Positions 1 to 10,130 of a stretch of DNA of 64,000 bases are shown here, one piece after another. Origin of the DNA: Flavobacterium sp. (GTDB taxonomy: Bacteria; Bacteroidota; Bacteroidia; Flavobacteriales; Flavobacteriaceae); contig CP051546.1 in assembly GCA_012837155.1 (NCBI GenBank), positions 897,404 to 961,403 of the forward strand, written 5' to 3'. The stretch's first letter is position 1; each line of letters opens with the position of its first letter. The notes beneath the pieces are model-generated. The model saw only the letters and a list, made by a program, of their open reading frames with translations. It did not search any database and was not told where the DNA came from. The translations under genes were made by a program, and so were the position numbers.

Positions 1-1913
1 TTTGTTTTAAAAAGATAGTAATTATTGTCTTGTGGGTCGGTTTTGGTTGTTTTTGAGAAAGTAAAGTTTGTGGCAAAAATAAAATCATCCTCGGCAAGTC
101 TGACGCGACGTTCTTCAATACTATTTATGGTTTTATAGTCGGCTGTACTAGGAAAAACGGTCGGATTTGCTCCCAGTACATCATTAGAAAATCCAGAGGT
201 TCCGTCTTCTATTTTCAGATTGCCATCTGAGTCAAAATATTCAGGATGATTGGTGTTATATGTCTTTCCTAAATTATTTAAAGCGGTATAGGAGGATTTA
301 TAAACACGAAAATAATTAGCAGGGTTTAAATTTCGTACATATTGAATATTTAACAAATCAAAACGCGCCGTGTTGTTCTTTTTTGGAGTCCAATTATAAG
401 AAAAAGAACCGGTTAAATTTTCTTTGTTTAACCCAATATTCCTTTGCGACGACAATCCTGCCGAGATAAGCGTTGATGGAATCATGCTTTTTGGAATGAT
501 TTTTTTAGTGTTAAAAGGAAACCATATTCTAGGAATATTTAGTTTTAAATCGATACCATATTCCGAGACGTTAAAAAAAGAATTGTTTGGATTTGCCAAG
601 TCTTTTGATGAACCAATATTCCCTCTTCCAGAAATTTCTAGTGTTTCGGCACCATTAAACACATTTCGAATGGTTCTAGAAAGGCTTAGCGCAATCCCAA
701 CGGTTTGTATGTTTGAATGGGTTATATCCGTGGTCCATCCTAAGCTATTTTTTTCTCTAGGGGTCAAATATATTTTTGCAATCAAGGATTGTGCGCTAGG
801 ATCTCTTTTGTCTACTTCATATAAAATAGCGGGAGGGTAGCTAAAAATTTTGAGATTATTTAAATACCTAGATGTTAAAACAGTTTTATTATCGGCAAAC
901 AAATCCCCTTTTGTAATAAATACGGCGTCGGTTATGGCTCTTGGTTTGTACTTTAATTTAGCATGACTATATAAGTTGAAATTGTTGAAAGAAGTGCTGT
1001 CTGTAATTGGTAAATTATTTTTGGCTGGTGAATAATCAGTATAAATATTTACGTCGCTTATCTTAAAAACTTTGAACGGTTCGGTAATAGTCGAATCATT
1101 CTTTTGATAGGAATGGTCGCTTATGTTTAAACTTATATTTGCTTTGTTTTTTGTGTTTAGCGTGTCAATGTCAAAGGTTATATTATTGGGCTGAAAATGA
1201 TAAACGCCATTGTTTCTAAAATGAGAGGTAATTCGGTTTTTTTCATTGTCAAAATCTTGTTTTTTATATTGTTTTCCCGATTTTAAGAACGAGTTGGCTA
1301 TGGTTGCCTTATACATTGAATCCAGCACTTGGGTCTGAATGTTTGTTTTAATAGAATCTAATAGATACGGATTTCCTGTGGTTATGGTATATTTTACTTT
1401 GGCTTTTTTAACATCTAAACTGTCTAACTTGTAATTTGCTTTTACGTTAAAATAACCCTCGTTAAAATAATAGTATTTTAATCGAACAATCGATTTTTCA
1501 GTTTTGGCTGAGTCAATAATTACGGGAGGTTCGCCAGTTTTTTTTAAGAAATCATGTATGCCATGATACCAAAAAGATTTTCCAAGTCTGTCGACTTGTT
1601 TTGCCGATAATAATTTTGACATTCGTTCGTATTTGCCCGGATGATTAGCAAATTTAGCTTGATATGTCGAGTCAGGATTTGGATTAGCTAAATTAAATAA
1701 GTTTAATCGCAAGCGATAACCCAAGATTTTGCTGTTGGGTTTTTGATACAATTGATTAATAATAGTTTCCTCCTTTTTAACCTTATTATTTACCAAAATC
1801 TCGTTTTTAGTAAGAAGTTGTTTCCCTTTTGGAACTCTTCTCACAGTATTGCAAGCCGAGATAATTACTCCTATTAAAATAAATGTCACTATTTTTGTGC
1901 TACTCTTTTTCAA
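1..1913 (-). CDS. BamA/TamA-family outer-membrane lipoprotein (TamL-like), runs off the window start
   Basis: Read manually from TTG at 1913: MKKSSTKIVTFILIGVIISACNTVRRVPKGKQLL... with a lipobox (SAC) and POTRA-like GEPPVIID / YFNEGYF segments. Missing from the ORF track because no stop lies inside the window. Divergent from trmH as in flavobacteria. Confidence 0.75.
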   Translation of the reverse strand, partial: MKKSSTKIVTFILIGVIISACNTVRRVPKGKQLLTKNEILVNNKVKKEETIINQLYQKPNSKILGYRLRLNLFNLANPNPDSTYQAKFANHPGKYERMSKLLSAKQVDRLGKSFWYHGIHDFLKKTGEPPVIIDSAKTEKSIVRLKYYYFNEGYFNVKANYKLDSLDVKKAKVKYTITTGNPYLLDSIKTNIQTQVLDSMYKATIANSFLKSGKQYKKQDFDNEKNRITSHFRNNGVYHFQPNNITFDIDTLNTKNKANISLNISDHSYQKNDSTITEPFKVFKISDVNIYTDYSPAKNNLPITDSTSFNNFNLYSHAKLKYKPRAITDAVFITKGDLFADNKTVLTSRYLNNLKIFSYPPAILYEVDKRDPSAQSLIAKIYLTPREKNSLGWTTDITHSNIQTVGIALSLSRTIRNVFNGAETLEISGRGNIGSSKDLANPNNSFFNVSEYGIDLKLNIPRIWFPFNTKKIIPKSMIPSTLISAGLSSQRNIGLNKENLTGSFSYNWTPKKNNTARFDLLNIQYVRNLNPANYFRVYKSSYTALNNLGKTYNTNHPEYFDSDGNLKIEDGTSGFSNDVLGANPTVFPSTADYKTINSIEERRVRLAEDDFIFATNFTFSKTTKTDPQDNNYYLFKT

Positions 1914-1950
1914 ATGCTTTGTAATATTTAATTCAAAAGTACATTATTTT

Positions 1951-2676
1951 ATGGTTAGTAAAAACCAAATAAAACTTATAACGAGTTTGCAGCAAAAAAA
2001 ATATCGATTCGCCAATCAATTATTTTTTGCCGAAGGGATAAAGGTAATTCAAGAATTATTGGAATCAAACTTTGAATTGAATCATTTGTACACCACTCAA
2101 AATGATTTTGAGGAAGTTTTAAACGAAAAAAAAACAATAATTAGTGCAAATGATTTAAAAAAAATGAGTGCTTTGGCAGCGCCCAACACCTGTTTAGCCC
2201 TGTTTAAAATCCCAGCCGAAAAAAAAATGAAAGAATCAGGTTTGATTCTCGCCCTCGATGCTATCCGTGATCCAGGAAATTTAGGAACCATCCTGCGTTT
2301 GTGCGATTGGTTTGGTATCGAGCAGTTGGTTTGCTCAAAAGATGCTGTTGATATTTATAATCCAAAAGTGATTCAAGCGACAATGGGTTCTATTGCTAGA
2401 GTCAACGTGAATTATATTGATTTGGTTTCTTTTATAGAACAAACTAAATTGGCTGTTTTTGGCACTTTTATGGATGGAAAAAATATTTATAAAGCTATTT
2501 TGCCACAAGAAGGAATCATTATTATGGGAAATGAGGCCAACGGAATATCGTCAGAAATAGAAAAATTAATTCAAAATAAACTTACAATTCTTCGTTTTGG
2601 TAATCTTCAGCAAACAGAAAGCTTAAATGTAGCCACCGCCACGGCAATTGTTCTAAGTGAGTTTCGCCGAGGATAG
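1951..2676 (+). CDS. TrmH/SpoU-family RNA methyltransferase
   Basis: SPOUT motifs DPGNLGTILR, IIMGNEANG, ESLNVA. ATG 1951 (MVSKNQIK) preferred over the TTG at 1849. Confidence 0.92.
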   Translation: MVSKNQIKLITSLQQKKYRFANQLFFAEGIKVIQELLESNFELNHLYTTQNDFEEVLNEKKTIISANDLKKMSALAAPNTCLALFKIPAEKKMKESGLILALDAIRDPGNLGTILRLCDWFGIEQLVCSKDAVDIYNPKVIQATMGSIARVNVNYIDLVSFIEQTKLAVFGTFMDGKNIYKAILPQEGIIIMGNEANGISSEIEKLIQNKLTILRFGNLQQTESLNVATATAIVLSEFRRG

Positions 2677-2715
2677 TTTTAGTCTGAGTGTTTTATTGTG
2701 GTAGAAAATTATTTT

Positions 2716-3432
2716 CTAATGAAAAGTAAAGTTGATAAAAACAGCTCTAGTTTTTAGTGATTCTATGTTGCCTGTCCATGGACTATTAGGGTCTTTGTCG
2801 CGAATTAGTTCGTCATTAATTCCGAAAACACCTCTTATGGAAGGCGAGAAAATAAAATATTCTGAAAAAATATCAATACCCAAACCCAACTCATAATTTG
2901 TTGTCCAAGGTTTTAATCTGAAACGATTTTCTAAATTGTCCTCTTTTGATTTTGAATTACTCGACAAATTCAACGTTGCCGATACGCCGCCAAGCAAGTA
3001 AGGACGGACATTTCCCGTTCTAAGCGAGGAAAATTTTAGCAATAACGGAAAATGGATATTGGTGCTGTTTGCTTCTCGAATTTTTTGAGAGGAAGTAGGT
3101 TCTGTCTGGAAATAATTCGAAGGATAATTTAGCACCCTTAATGTATAATACAAACCGGGTTCAAAACGCAAACTTACATATTCTTGAAGTTTTAAATCTG
3201 CTACAAGACCTACGTTGAAACCAGTAGATTTTTTTATGAGTATGTCTTTGCTAACGGTTTTGTAATCTATTTTGAAGTCGTAAGAATTGAATCCTAAATA
3301 AAAACCAAAATAGATTTTTTGTTTCTGAAAATTTTCTAGATTTATAATTGGATCCTTGCTAAATATGCCTTTAGTTTGGGCGTGTCCCTTTATAATTAAG
3401 GCAAATAAAAGTAAGGCAATTATTTTTTTCAT
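2716..3432 (-). CDS. porT: Type IX secretion/gliding motility outer-membrane protein PorT/SprT
   Basis: Signal peptide, beta-barrel pattern, C-terminal F-x-F-H, LRFEPGL and FSPSIRGVFG motifs, and position next to ubiE/menG. Confidence 0.85.
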   Translation of the reverse strand: MKKIIALLLFALIIKGHAQTKGIFSKDPIINLENFQKQKIYFGFYLGFNSYDFKIDYKTVSKDILIKKSTGFNVGLVADLKLQEYVSLRFEPGLYYTLRVLNYPSNYFQTEPTSSQKIREANSTNIHFPLLLKFSSLRTGNVRPYLLGGVSATLNLSSNSKSKEDNLENRFRLKPWTTNYELGLGIDIFSEYFIFSPSIRGVFGINDELIRDKDPNSPWTGNIESLKTRAVFINFTFH

Positions 3433-3524
3433 ATGTTGGTATTTATTGATTTTTATTGGTCATATGTAATTCGCATATCATCATTGGTGTTTGCGACCCA
3501 ATAACGGTCATGCTCATTTCATAC
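3427..3524. repeat. Dispersed ~90-bp repeat, copy 1 (second copy at 42792-42918)
   Basis: Core CATATCATCATTGGTGTTTGCGACCCAATAACGGTC is identical in both copies. Both are bounded by TTTCATA direct repeats (here 3427-3433 and 3517-3523). Confidence 0.85.
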
Positions 3525-4256
3525 TGTTTTTTTTGAGGCTGAATAAATGGTTGCTACGCCAAAGGTTTGTGGCATTGCAACTACATCTATAAACCCAATT
3601 TTGTTCAAAATATTGTTCAAGGCTTTGCCATAAGGAAAAGCTGCTGCCGATTCTGATAAGTAACCATAAGCAACAGTATCTTTTGAGAATAATCTTCCAA
3701 TAATTGGGAGGATATTTTTGCTATAAAAAGTATAGCCTTGTTTGTATGGAAATTTTTCTGGTACCGAAGTTTCTAGGATTACAAAAACGCCATTGGGTTT
3801 CAAAACTCTCAAAATCTCAGACAATCCTTTTTCTAGATTTTCGAAATTTCTAACACCAAAAGCTACCGTGATGGCGTCGAAATAATTGTTCTCAAACGGC
3901 ATGTTTTCTGAATCTCCCAACACCATTTCGATTACGTGGTTCAGGTTTTTATCCATAATTTTTTTCTTTCCCACTTCGAGCATTCCTGCCGAAATATCCA
4001 ATCCAATGATTTTTTTAGCATTGGTTTGTGCCATCAAAATAGCTAAATCGCCCGTTCCTGTTGCAATGTCTAAAATTGTTTTGGGATTTGTTTGGGTTAC
4101 AATTTGCAACACTTTCTTGCGCCATTTTACATCTGTGCCAAAAGAGATAACCCGATTAAGATTGTCATAATTTCCAGAAATAGTGTCGAACATGGAGGCT
4201 ACCTGTTCTTTTTTGCTTAAAGGCGAATCTTTGTATGGTGTTATGTTTTTTGACAT
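3519..4256 (-). CDS. ubiE: Demethylmenaquinone methyltransferase UbiE/MenG
   Basis: [13 protein letters not shown] motif, FGVRN, YLSES. Confidence 0.95.
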   Translation of the reverse strand: MSKNITPYKDSPLSKKEQVASMFDTISGNYDNLNRVISFGTDVKWRKKVLQIVTQTNPKTILDIATGTGDLAILMAQTNAKKIIGLDISAGMLEVGKKKIMDKNLNHVIEMVLGDSENMPFENNYFDAITVAFGVRNFENLEKGLSEILRVLKPNGVFVILETSVPEKFPYKQGYTFYSKNILPIIGRLFSKDTVAYGYLSESAAAFPYGKALNNILNKIGFIDVVAMPQTFGVATIYSASKKTV

Positions 4257-4368
4257 TTTTTAAAATTTAAGACAAAGGTAAACTAGATTTTTGGATAATA
4301 AATAATCAACAGCAGATTCGCTTGTTTTTTCGAATACTTTTAATAAATCTGCGATTGTGTTAGCTGTT

Positions 4369-4854
4369 TTATTTTCTTCTAACAAAGGTTTGAAAAGTAT
4401 AATCAAAAAGGTGTTTTTCGTCTTTTGGTTGAAATGATTCAGAGGTCAATTCCCAGATTTTCGAATCTATTTCGGGAAAATAAACATCAGCTTCAAACGA
4501 TTGATGCACTCTCGTAATGTCTAGTTGATCCGCTAAAGAAATCGATTGTTTGTAAATTTCGCCTCCGCCAATGATGAATATATCCTCGTTTTTAGGGCAG
4601 GCCTCAATGGCTTTTTCGATAGTGTCTACAACGACACACCCTTGCTTGAGAAAGTCTTTTTGTCTCGAAATAATGATATGCGTTCTGTTTGGTAAAGGTT
4701 TGGGGAAACTCTCAAAAGTTTTTCTTCCCATAATGATATGATGTCCAGTAGTAATCTCTTTGAAACGCTTGAAGTCATTGGGTAAATGCCAAAGTAAATC
4801 ATTATTTTTTCCCAACGCATTATTTTCGGCAACGGCCGCAATGATGACAATCAT
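4369..4854 (-). CDS. folA: Dihydrofolate reductase
   Basis: LLWHLPND, IMGRKTFES, IIGGGEIY. Confidence 0.96.
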   Translation of the reverse strand: MIVIIAAVAENNALGKNNDLLWHLPNDFKRFKEITTGHHIIMGRKTFESFPKPLPNRTHIIISRQKDFLKQGCVVVDTIEKAIEACPKNEDIFIIGGGEIYKQSISLADQLDITRVHQSFEADVYFPEIDSKIWELTSESFQPKDEKHLFDYTFQTFVRRK

Positions 4855-4857
4855 ATT

Positions 4858-5199
4858 TTATTCGGGTTTGTTAGAGGATTTTTCCTCAATTTGAGGGTGT
4901 AACTGGTCGATTTTTCGTTGTTGTTGGGCTACAAGTCGGTCAATTTGTTCTCTTTCCCAGTTTTTATTCATAAAACGATCGGTAATAAATACTTTTATAA
5001 AGTGTAAAATAAATAAAAAAGTCCAGGCCGTGATTACCCAAATGGCCCAATTTGCAGTATAACCAAAAGCTTCAAAATAATTAGACAAAGACAAAAAGAT
5101 ACTGCCCAAAAGAATTAAAACAAAATGAAAATAGAGTCTTTTTTTTTGGTTTAATCTTTTTCTAGCATACTCATATTGCTCGTGTTGTTCTTTTTCCAT
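4858..5199 (-). CDS. 2TM-domain membrane protein
   Basis: Two hydrophobic helices flanked by YEYARKR and WEREQI, next to folA. Confidence 0.75.
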   Translation of the reverse strand: MEKEQHEQYEYARKRLNQKKRLYFHFVLILLGSIFLSLSNYFEAFGYTANWAIWVITAWTFLFILHFIKVFITDRFMNKNWEREQIDRLVAQQQRKIDQLHPQIEEKSSNKPE

Positions 5200-5436
5200 T
5201 AATCAAAATTTAGTTTATAAAGGTAAAATTTATTTTGAAATGTTGTTATTTAGGTTGGGGATTATTTAAAGGGAAAACGTTTTCTGGTTTGAGATATAAA
5301 ATTTTATCGAATTTAAATTAGGAATATCCTTGTAAATCAGCGGTGTTGTTAGCATACTCATAAAACGTCACTCTAAATATTGAATGTTCAAAAAAGATTG
5401 TTTTCTTTGCTGCATAATTCTAAAAATGAAATAGTT

Positions 5437-5733
5437 ATGTCTATAAAAAAACAATTTATAAAAACAAAACCAGTTTGCAAGGTTACTTTTTCGGTAGAGG
5501 CAAAAGACGCAAAAGCTGTTTCAGTAGTTGGCGATTTCAATAATTGGAACTCAGAAGCAGGCGAATTAAGTAAGCTGAAAAACGGTACTTTTAAAGGCGT
5601 TTTTGATTTGCCAAAAGAAGCTTCTTACGAATTCAGGTATCTAGTTGATGGGACTTATATAAACGAAACCGAGGCGGATTCCTATAAATGGAATGAATTT
5701 GCAGGAGCCGAAAACGGTGTTTTGACGGTTTAA
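5437..5733 (+). CDS. Isoamylase early-set / CBM48-like domain protein
   Basis: VSVVGDFNNW and YEFRYLVDG motifs. ATG 5437 (MSIKKQF) preferred. Confidence 0.85.
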   Translation: MSIKKQFIKTKPVCKVTFSVEAKDAKAVSVVGDFNNWNSEAGELSKLKNGTFKGVFDLPKEASYEFRYLVDGTYINETEADSYKWNEFAGAENGVLTV

Positions 5734-5750
5734 TCACTTTATCTAAAAGC

Positions 5751-5789
5751 AAAAAAATCTGTTTCGATTTATCCAAAACAGATTTTTTT
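5751..5789. terminator. Bidirectional intrinsic terminator
   Basis: AAAAAAATCTGTTT...AAAACAGATTTTTTT between convergent genes. Confidence 0.7.
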
Positions 5790-5893
5790 GTTTTATAACA
5801 GGTCATTGCGAATACAAACCTCTTTATTCTCTTACTATTTGATTCCACAAAAATAAGCTTCTGTTTTTCTTCGTAACAGATTTTACAAATTCT

Positions 5894-6760
5894 TTAGGAG
5901 GGAGTGGTAGGTTGGAAATTCTCTATGATCTGAAAAGGCTTAATAATAGTCACATTCATTTGTTTCATTCTTGAAAAACGTTCTTCGGTGTTGTTCGATA
6001 AAAGCCATTCGTGCTGTGTTTCGGCAATCATTTTTTCATCATTTATGCTAATTCCTTTCCAATCAAAAGCAACACTTACGCTAAAAGTAGCATCCTCGTT
6101 TTTTGTAATTTTTAAGTTTTTATAGCTGTGTGAGCTGGTTTTTATCCTGAGAGGAATTGAATCAATCCAAATTTTAAAATTTTCAAAATCAGAAATGTGC
6201 TCATTAGTGCTTAGATTGAGTACAAAATCGGCATCTAATAATTCTCTGAATTTTTCTAAATCGGGACACTCCATCAAGTATAGCCAATAATGCATGAATG
6301 ACTTGACTCTGTTCTCGGTATAAGCTTCATCAAATTGAAATTCTTCAACAACACCAATAGGTTGTAAATTAAGCATCGTAAATACAGGCAAATCGTTATC
6401 TCTTTGTTTTAATAACGTAGAATAGTGTAGCGTGTAGCTGTATTTGCTATGGTCTGGCCGGATGTTTTGGTAAAGAATGTCGGCTTCTAAAGATAAATTT
6501 CCATCTTCTAATAATTTAATATCGGTTTTTTGAACGTGATGAGCGTTTTGCCAACCAGTAAAAACCCTTAGTCGCTCTTCTAGACCATTTTTGCCTTTGG
6601 TTGTTCCGTTTTGCGAGATAATTTCCACGTCATCACTTAATATATCTTTTTGATTTTTAATAGTGCAATCCGTAAAAGGGGTTTCGTAGACCTGATACCA
6701 ACGGTGATATTGGGCTAATACTAAGTGTGTAAGTTGCTCTAATTTAAAAATAGTTTGCAT
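5894..6760 (-). CDS. Hypothetical protein, probably two tandem SnoaL/NTF2-like domains
   Basis: 288-aa ORF with two similar halves (YHRWYQVYE..DILSDDV / MHYWLYLME..ELLDADF). Fold is inferred. Confidence 0.55.
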   Translation of the reverse strand: MQTIFKLEQLTHLVLAQYHRWYQVYETPFTDCTIKNQKDILSDDVEIISQNGTTKGKNGLEERLRVFTGWQNAHHVQKTDIKLLEDGNLSLEADILYQNIRPDHSKYSYTLHYSTLLKQRDNDLPVFTMLNLQPIGVVEEFQFDEAYTENRVKSFMHYWLYLMECPDLEKFRELLDADFVLNLSTNEHISDFENFKIWIDSIPLRIKTSSHSYKNLKITKNEDATFSVSVAFDWKGISINDEKMIAETQHEWLLSNNTEERFSRMKQMNVTIIKPFQIIENFQPTTPS

Positions 6761-6862
6761 TTTTTTTTGATTTGTTATGATTCGTATAAGGGATTTAAAT
6801 TCTCTTGAATTTATTAAATCTTAATAATAGCCCAGAAATATAGCTAGATTGACACCAAATAG

Positions 6863-7714
6863 TTAAACCGCCACGCTGCCTTTTATGCTTTCATGAGGTT
6901 CGTATCCTTCGAGGGTAAAATCCTCAAAGGTAAAGTCGAAAATATCTTTTATAGCTGGGTTCAAAATCATTTTGGGTAAGGATTTTGGCTTTCTAGATAA
7001 TTGTAATTCTAGTTGTTCAAAATGGTTATTGTAAATGTGAGCATCGCCAAAAGTGTGAATAAATTCGCCAACTTCTAATTCGCCAACTTGGGCAATCATC
7101 ATGGTTAATAGTGCATACGAAGCAATGTTAAACGGAACACCAAGAAAAATGTCGGCACTGCGTTGGTATAATTGGCAGGATAACTTTCCTTTCTTCTCTC
7201 CTTTGGAAAGGTCGGGTGAGCTAACATAGAATTGAAAGAAAGCATGACAAGGAGGCAAAGCTGCTTTATTATTAGCTACGTTTTCTTCAAAAGAGCGAGT
7301 CGTATCGGGCAACACCGAAGGATTCCAAGCCGAGACCAACATTCTGCGACTATTCGGATTGGTTTTAAGTTCTCGAATTAACTCCGAAATTTGGTCAATT
7401 TCCTCACTATTCCAGTTGCGCCATTGGTGTCCGTACACGGGGCCTAAATCGCCGTTGGCATTTGCCCACGCGTCCCAAATTTTTACTCCATTTTCTTGAA
7501 GGTATTTAATATTGGTGTCTCCTTTCAGAAACCATAGCAATTCGTATATAATCGATTTTAAATGCAGTTTTTTGGTGGTTACCATCGGAAATCCATCTGA
7601 TAAATCAAATCGCATTTGGTAACCAAAGACGCTTTTTGTTCCTGTTCCTGTTCGATCTCCTTTTTGATTTCCGTTTTCTAAAACGTGTTTAACTAAGTCT
7701 AGGTATTGTTTCAT
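6863..7714 (-). CDS. thyA: Thymidylate synthase
   Basis: [26 protein letters not shown]. Confidence 0.98.
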   Translation of the reverse strand: MKQYLDLVKHVLENGNQKGDRTGTGTKSVFGYQMRFDLSDGFPMVTTKKLHLKSIIYELLWFLKGDTNIKYLQENGVKIWDAWANANGDLGPVYGHQWRNWNSEEIDQISELIRELKTNPNSRRMLVSAWNPSVLPDTTRSFEENVANNKAALPPCHAFFQFYVSSPDLSKGEKKGKLSCQLYQRSADIFLGVPFNIASYALLTMMIAQVGELEVGEFIHTFGDAHIYNNHFEQLELQLSRKPKSLPKMILNPAIKDIFDFTFEDFTLEGYEPHESIKGSVAV

Positions 7715-7750
7715 TGTGAGATTATGCTATCATCTGTAAGTTGTACAGGG

Positions 7751-9034
7751 TTAGTTTTTATAAATTTTACCATCTTTCATGACAAAGATAACTCTTTCTA
7801 AAGTTCTGATGTTTTGCAAAGGGTTTTCATCAACAGCAATTATATCGGCAAAAAAAGAAGGCTTAATTTGTCCAACTTCTTTTTCAATTCCTAACAATTT
7901 TGCATTCGTTAGTGTTGCTGCCTGAATGGCTTCTAAAGGCGGCATTCCCGCTTCGACCATATAGCCAAATTCCATTCCATTTTTGCCATGAGGAAAAACG
8001 CCAGCGTCAGTTCCAAAAGCAATTTTCACTCCTTTTTTGTAGGCTTTGGCAAAAGTGGCTTTAATTTGTGGACCAACTTCTCTTGCCTTTGGCACCACAA
8101 TTTCAGGATAAAAACCAGCAATTTCTGCATTTTTTTCAACTTCTTTTGCAGCGGTCAATGTTGGAACTAAATAGGCATCATATTTTTTCATCATTTCCAT
8201 GGTCTCCTCACTCATAAATGTTCCGTGTTCGATTGTTTTTATGCCTCCTAAAATGGCTCTCTGCATTCCTTCATCTCCATGAGCATGTGCCGCAGTAAGC
8301 ATATTGTAGTCCTTAGCTGTTGTTGTGATGGCTTTGATTTCGTCTAATGAAAATTGTGGATTTTTCCCGCTTTTAGCTACGCTTAAAACGCCTCCTGTTG
8401 CTGTTATTTTTATAACATCGGCTCCTTCTTTATAGCGTTCTCTAACTGCTTTTACGGCTTCTTCGGGCGAATTTATTACGCCTTCATGTGGGCCTGGGTC
8501 TCCTACCAATTTTCGATTACTGCCGTTGGTTGGGTCTGCATGACCTCCGGTTGTTGCTATGGCTTTTCCAGCGGTATAAATTCTAGGGCCTTTAACTAAT
8601 CCTTTGTTGATGGCATTTCGTAACGAAATATTGACTCCTGTTCCGCCTAAATCGCGAACGGTAGTAAATCCAGCTAAAAGCGTGATTTCGGCGCAACGGG
8701 CAGATTCAAAAGCGATGTCGGCTTCGTTGTCTATGTATTTTGACATATAGCTTTTGTTGTTTATCTCGCCCTCGATATGCACATGTAAATCGATAAGTCC
8801 GGGTAAAACAAATTTATTTTTTAAGTCAATTTCAATGTCTTCGGGGTTTGTTTTTGAAATAAATCCGTCCTGTATTTTCGAAATTCTATTTTTCGAAACG
8901 ACAATGGTTTGGTTTGTTACTACTTTGCCAGATTGAGTATCTAGAATTTTTCCACAGTATAAATAATACTCTTGCGAAAAAGCGACTTGCACAAATAAAA
9001 AGCTTGTGAGAATCAGGAGGTGTTTTATTTTCAT
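7751..9034 (-). CDS. Secreted amidohydrolase-family protein (Xaa-Pro dipeptidase-like)
   Basis: Signal peptide, PGLIDLHVH, AHAHG, IEHG, FGTDAG. Confidence 0.88.
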   Translation of the reverse strand: MKIKHLLILTSFLFVQVAFSQEYYLYCGKILDTQSGKVVTNQTIVVSKNRISKIQDGFISKTNPEDIEIDLKNKFVLPGLIDLHVHIEGEINNKSYMSKYIDNEADIAFESARCAEITLLAGFTTVRDLGGTGVNISLRNAINKGLVKGPRIYTAGKAIATTGGHADPTNGSNRKLVGDPGPHEGVINSPEEAVKAVRERYKEGADVIKITATGGVLSVAKSGKNPQFSLDEIKAITTTAKDYNMLTAAHAHGDEGMQRAILGGIKTIEHGTFMSEETMEMMKKYDAYLVPTLTAAKEVEKNAEIAGFYPEIVVPKAREVGPQIKATFAKAYKKGVKIAFGTDAGVFPHGKNGMEFGYMVEAGMPPLEAIQAATLTNAKLLGIEKEVGQIKPSFFADIIAVDENPLQNIRTLERVIFVMKDGKIYKN

Positions 9035-9236
9035 ATTTGGGTTGTTTTACAATTTGCAAAAAGAGATTTAGTACCGTTGTGTTGAATAGTGTAATTTGGA
9101 TACCAAAATAGGGAAAAACTAAATACAACCGTATGATTTTCTAGATAATTATGGTTAACCGATGAGCGTTTCTTGAGAAGAGCGTATAAAGGCATAAAAC
9201 CACACCATTCGTGTTGCTTTGTTCGAAAATAAATTA

Positions 9237-9857
9237 TTACCTTTTTGAAATTTCGTCCCTAATCTTAGCTGCTTTTTCATAATCTTCGCGACTAACGGCT
9301 TGATCTAGCAATTCATTGAGTTCTTGTAAGCTATGTTTCGAATAGGTTTCGCCAGATTGATTGCTTTCTTCATGACCAAAAGTTTCGGGATTCGAAAGAA
9401 TATCATCTATTTCCTGAGAATCTTTATCGGTTTCCATAGGATTGCTTTTCAAATAAATGCCAGCCTTGTCCAAGATGTTTTTGTAAGTAAAAATGGGAGC
9501 ATTAAATCGTAAAGCCAGCGCAATAGCGTCGGATGTTCGGGCATCGATAATTTCCTCTATTTTATCTCTTTCGCAAATAATGCTCGAATAAAAAACACCA
9601 TCTATCAGCTTGTGGATGATGACTTGTTTGACCACGATGTCAAACCGATCTGCAAAATTTTTAAATAAATCATGGGTCAAGGGACGTGGTGGTTTTATTT
9701 CTTTTTCTAAAGCGATTGCAATGGATTGCGCTTCGAAAGCACCAATAACAATGGGTAATTTTCGCTCTCCGTCGACCTCGTTCAAAATTAAGGCGTAAGC
9801 ACCATTTTGAGTTTGACTGTATGAAATTCCTTTTATTGATAATTTGACTAAGCTCAT
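9237..9857 (-). CDS. Bifunctional nuclease family (DUF151) with C-terminal UVR domain
   Basis: LPIVIGAFEA, RPLTHDL, DARTSDAIALA, EDYEKAAKIRDEI. Confidence 0.9.
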   Translation of the reverse strand: MSLVKLSIKGISYSQTQNGAYALILNEVDGERKLPIVIGAFEAQSIAIALEKEIKPPRPLTHDLFKNFADRFDIVVKQVIIHKLIDGVFYSSIICERDKIEEIIDARTSDAIALALRFNAPIFTYKNILDKAGIYLKSNPMETDKDSQEIDDILSNPETFGHEESNQSGETYSKHSLQELNELLDQAVSREDYEKAAKIRDEISKR

Positions 9858-10130
9858 ATATTGTGGCGGTAAAAAGCACCAAGTGCCTTAATTTATGGAT
9901 TGTTTTTTCTTGAAAAATAAAAATGCAATTTTAATCAAAAAACGGCAAACAAAAAAGTTACCCAAAAACAAAGGTACGAATATCTTGATTGTGGGTAACT
10001 ATGTTTTTTCAGGTCAAACGCATTAAAAACCATTAAATTTTAAAATGATTTTTTTAATATAACCATCTGAAATACAACGAATTAAATTTGTTTTAGCAAA
10101 TTAAATTTTGTATATTTATCTGATAATCAG

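Noticed and set aside
424-840. 138-aa plus-strand ORF
   Set aside because: Antisense shadow of the TamL/BamA-like gene on the minus strand.
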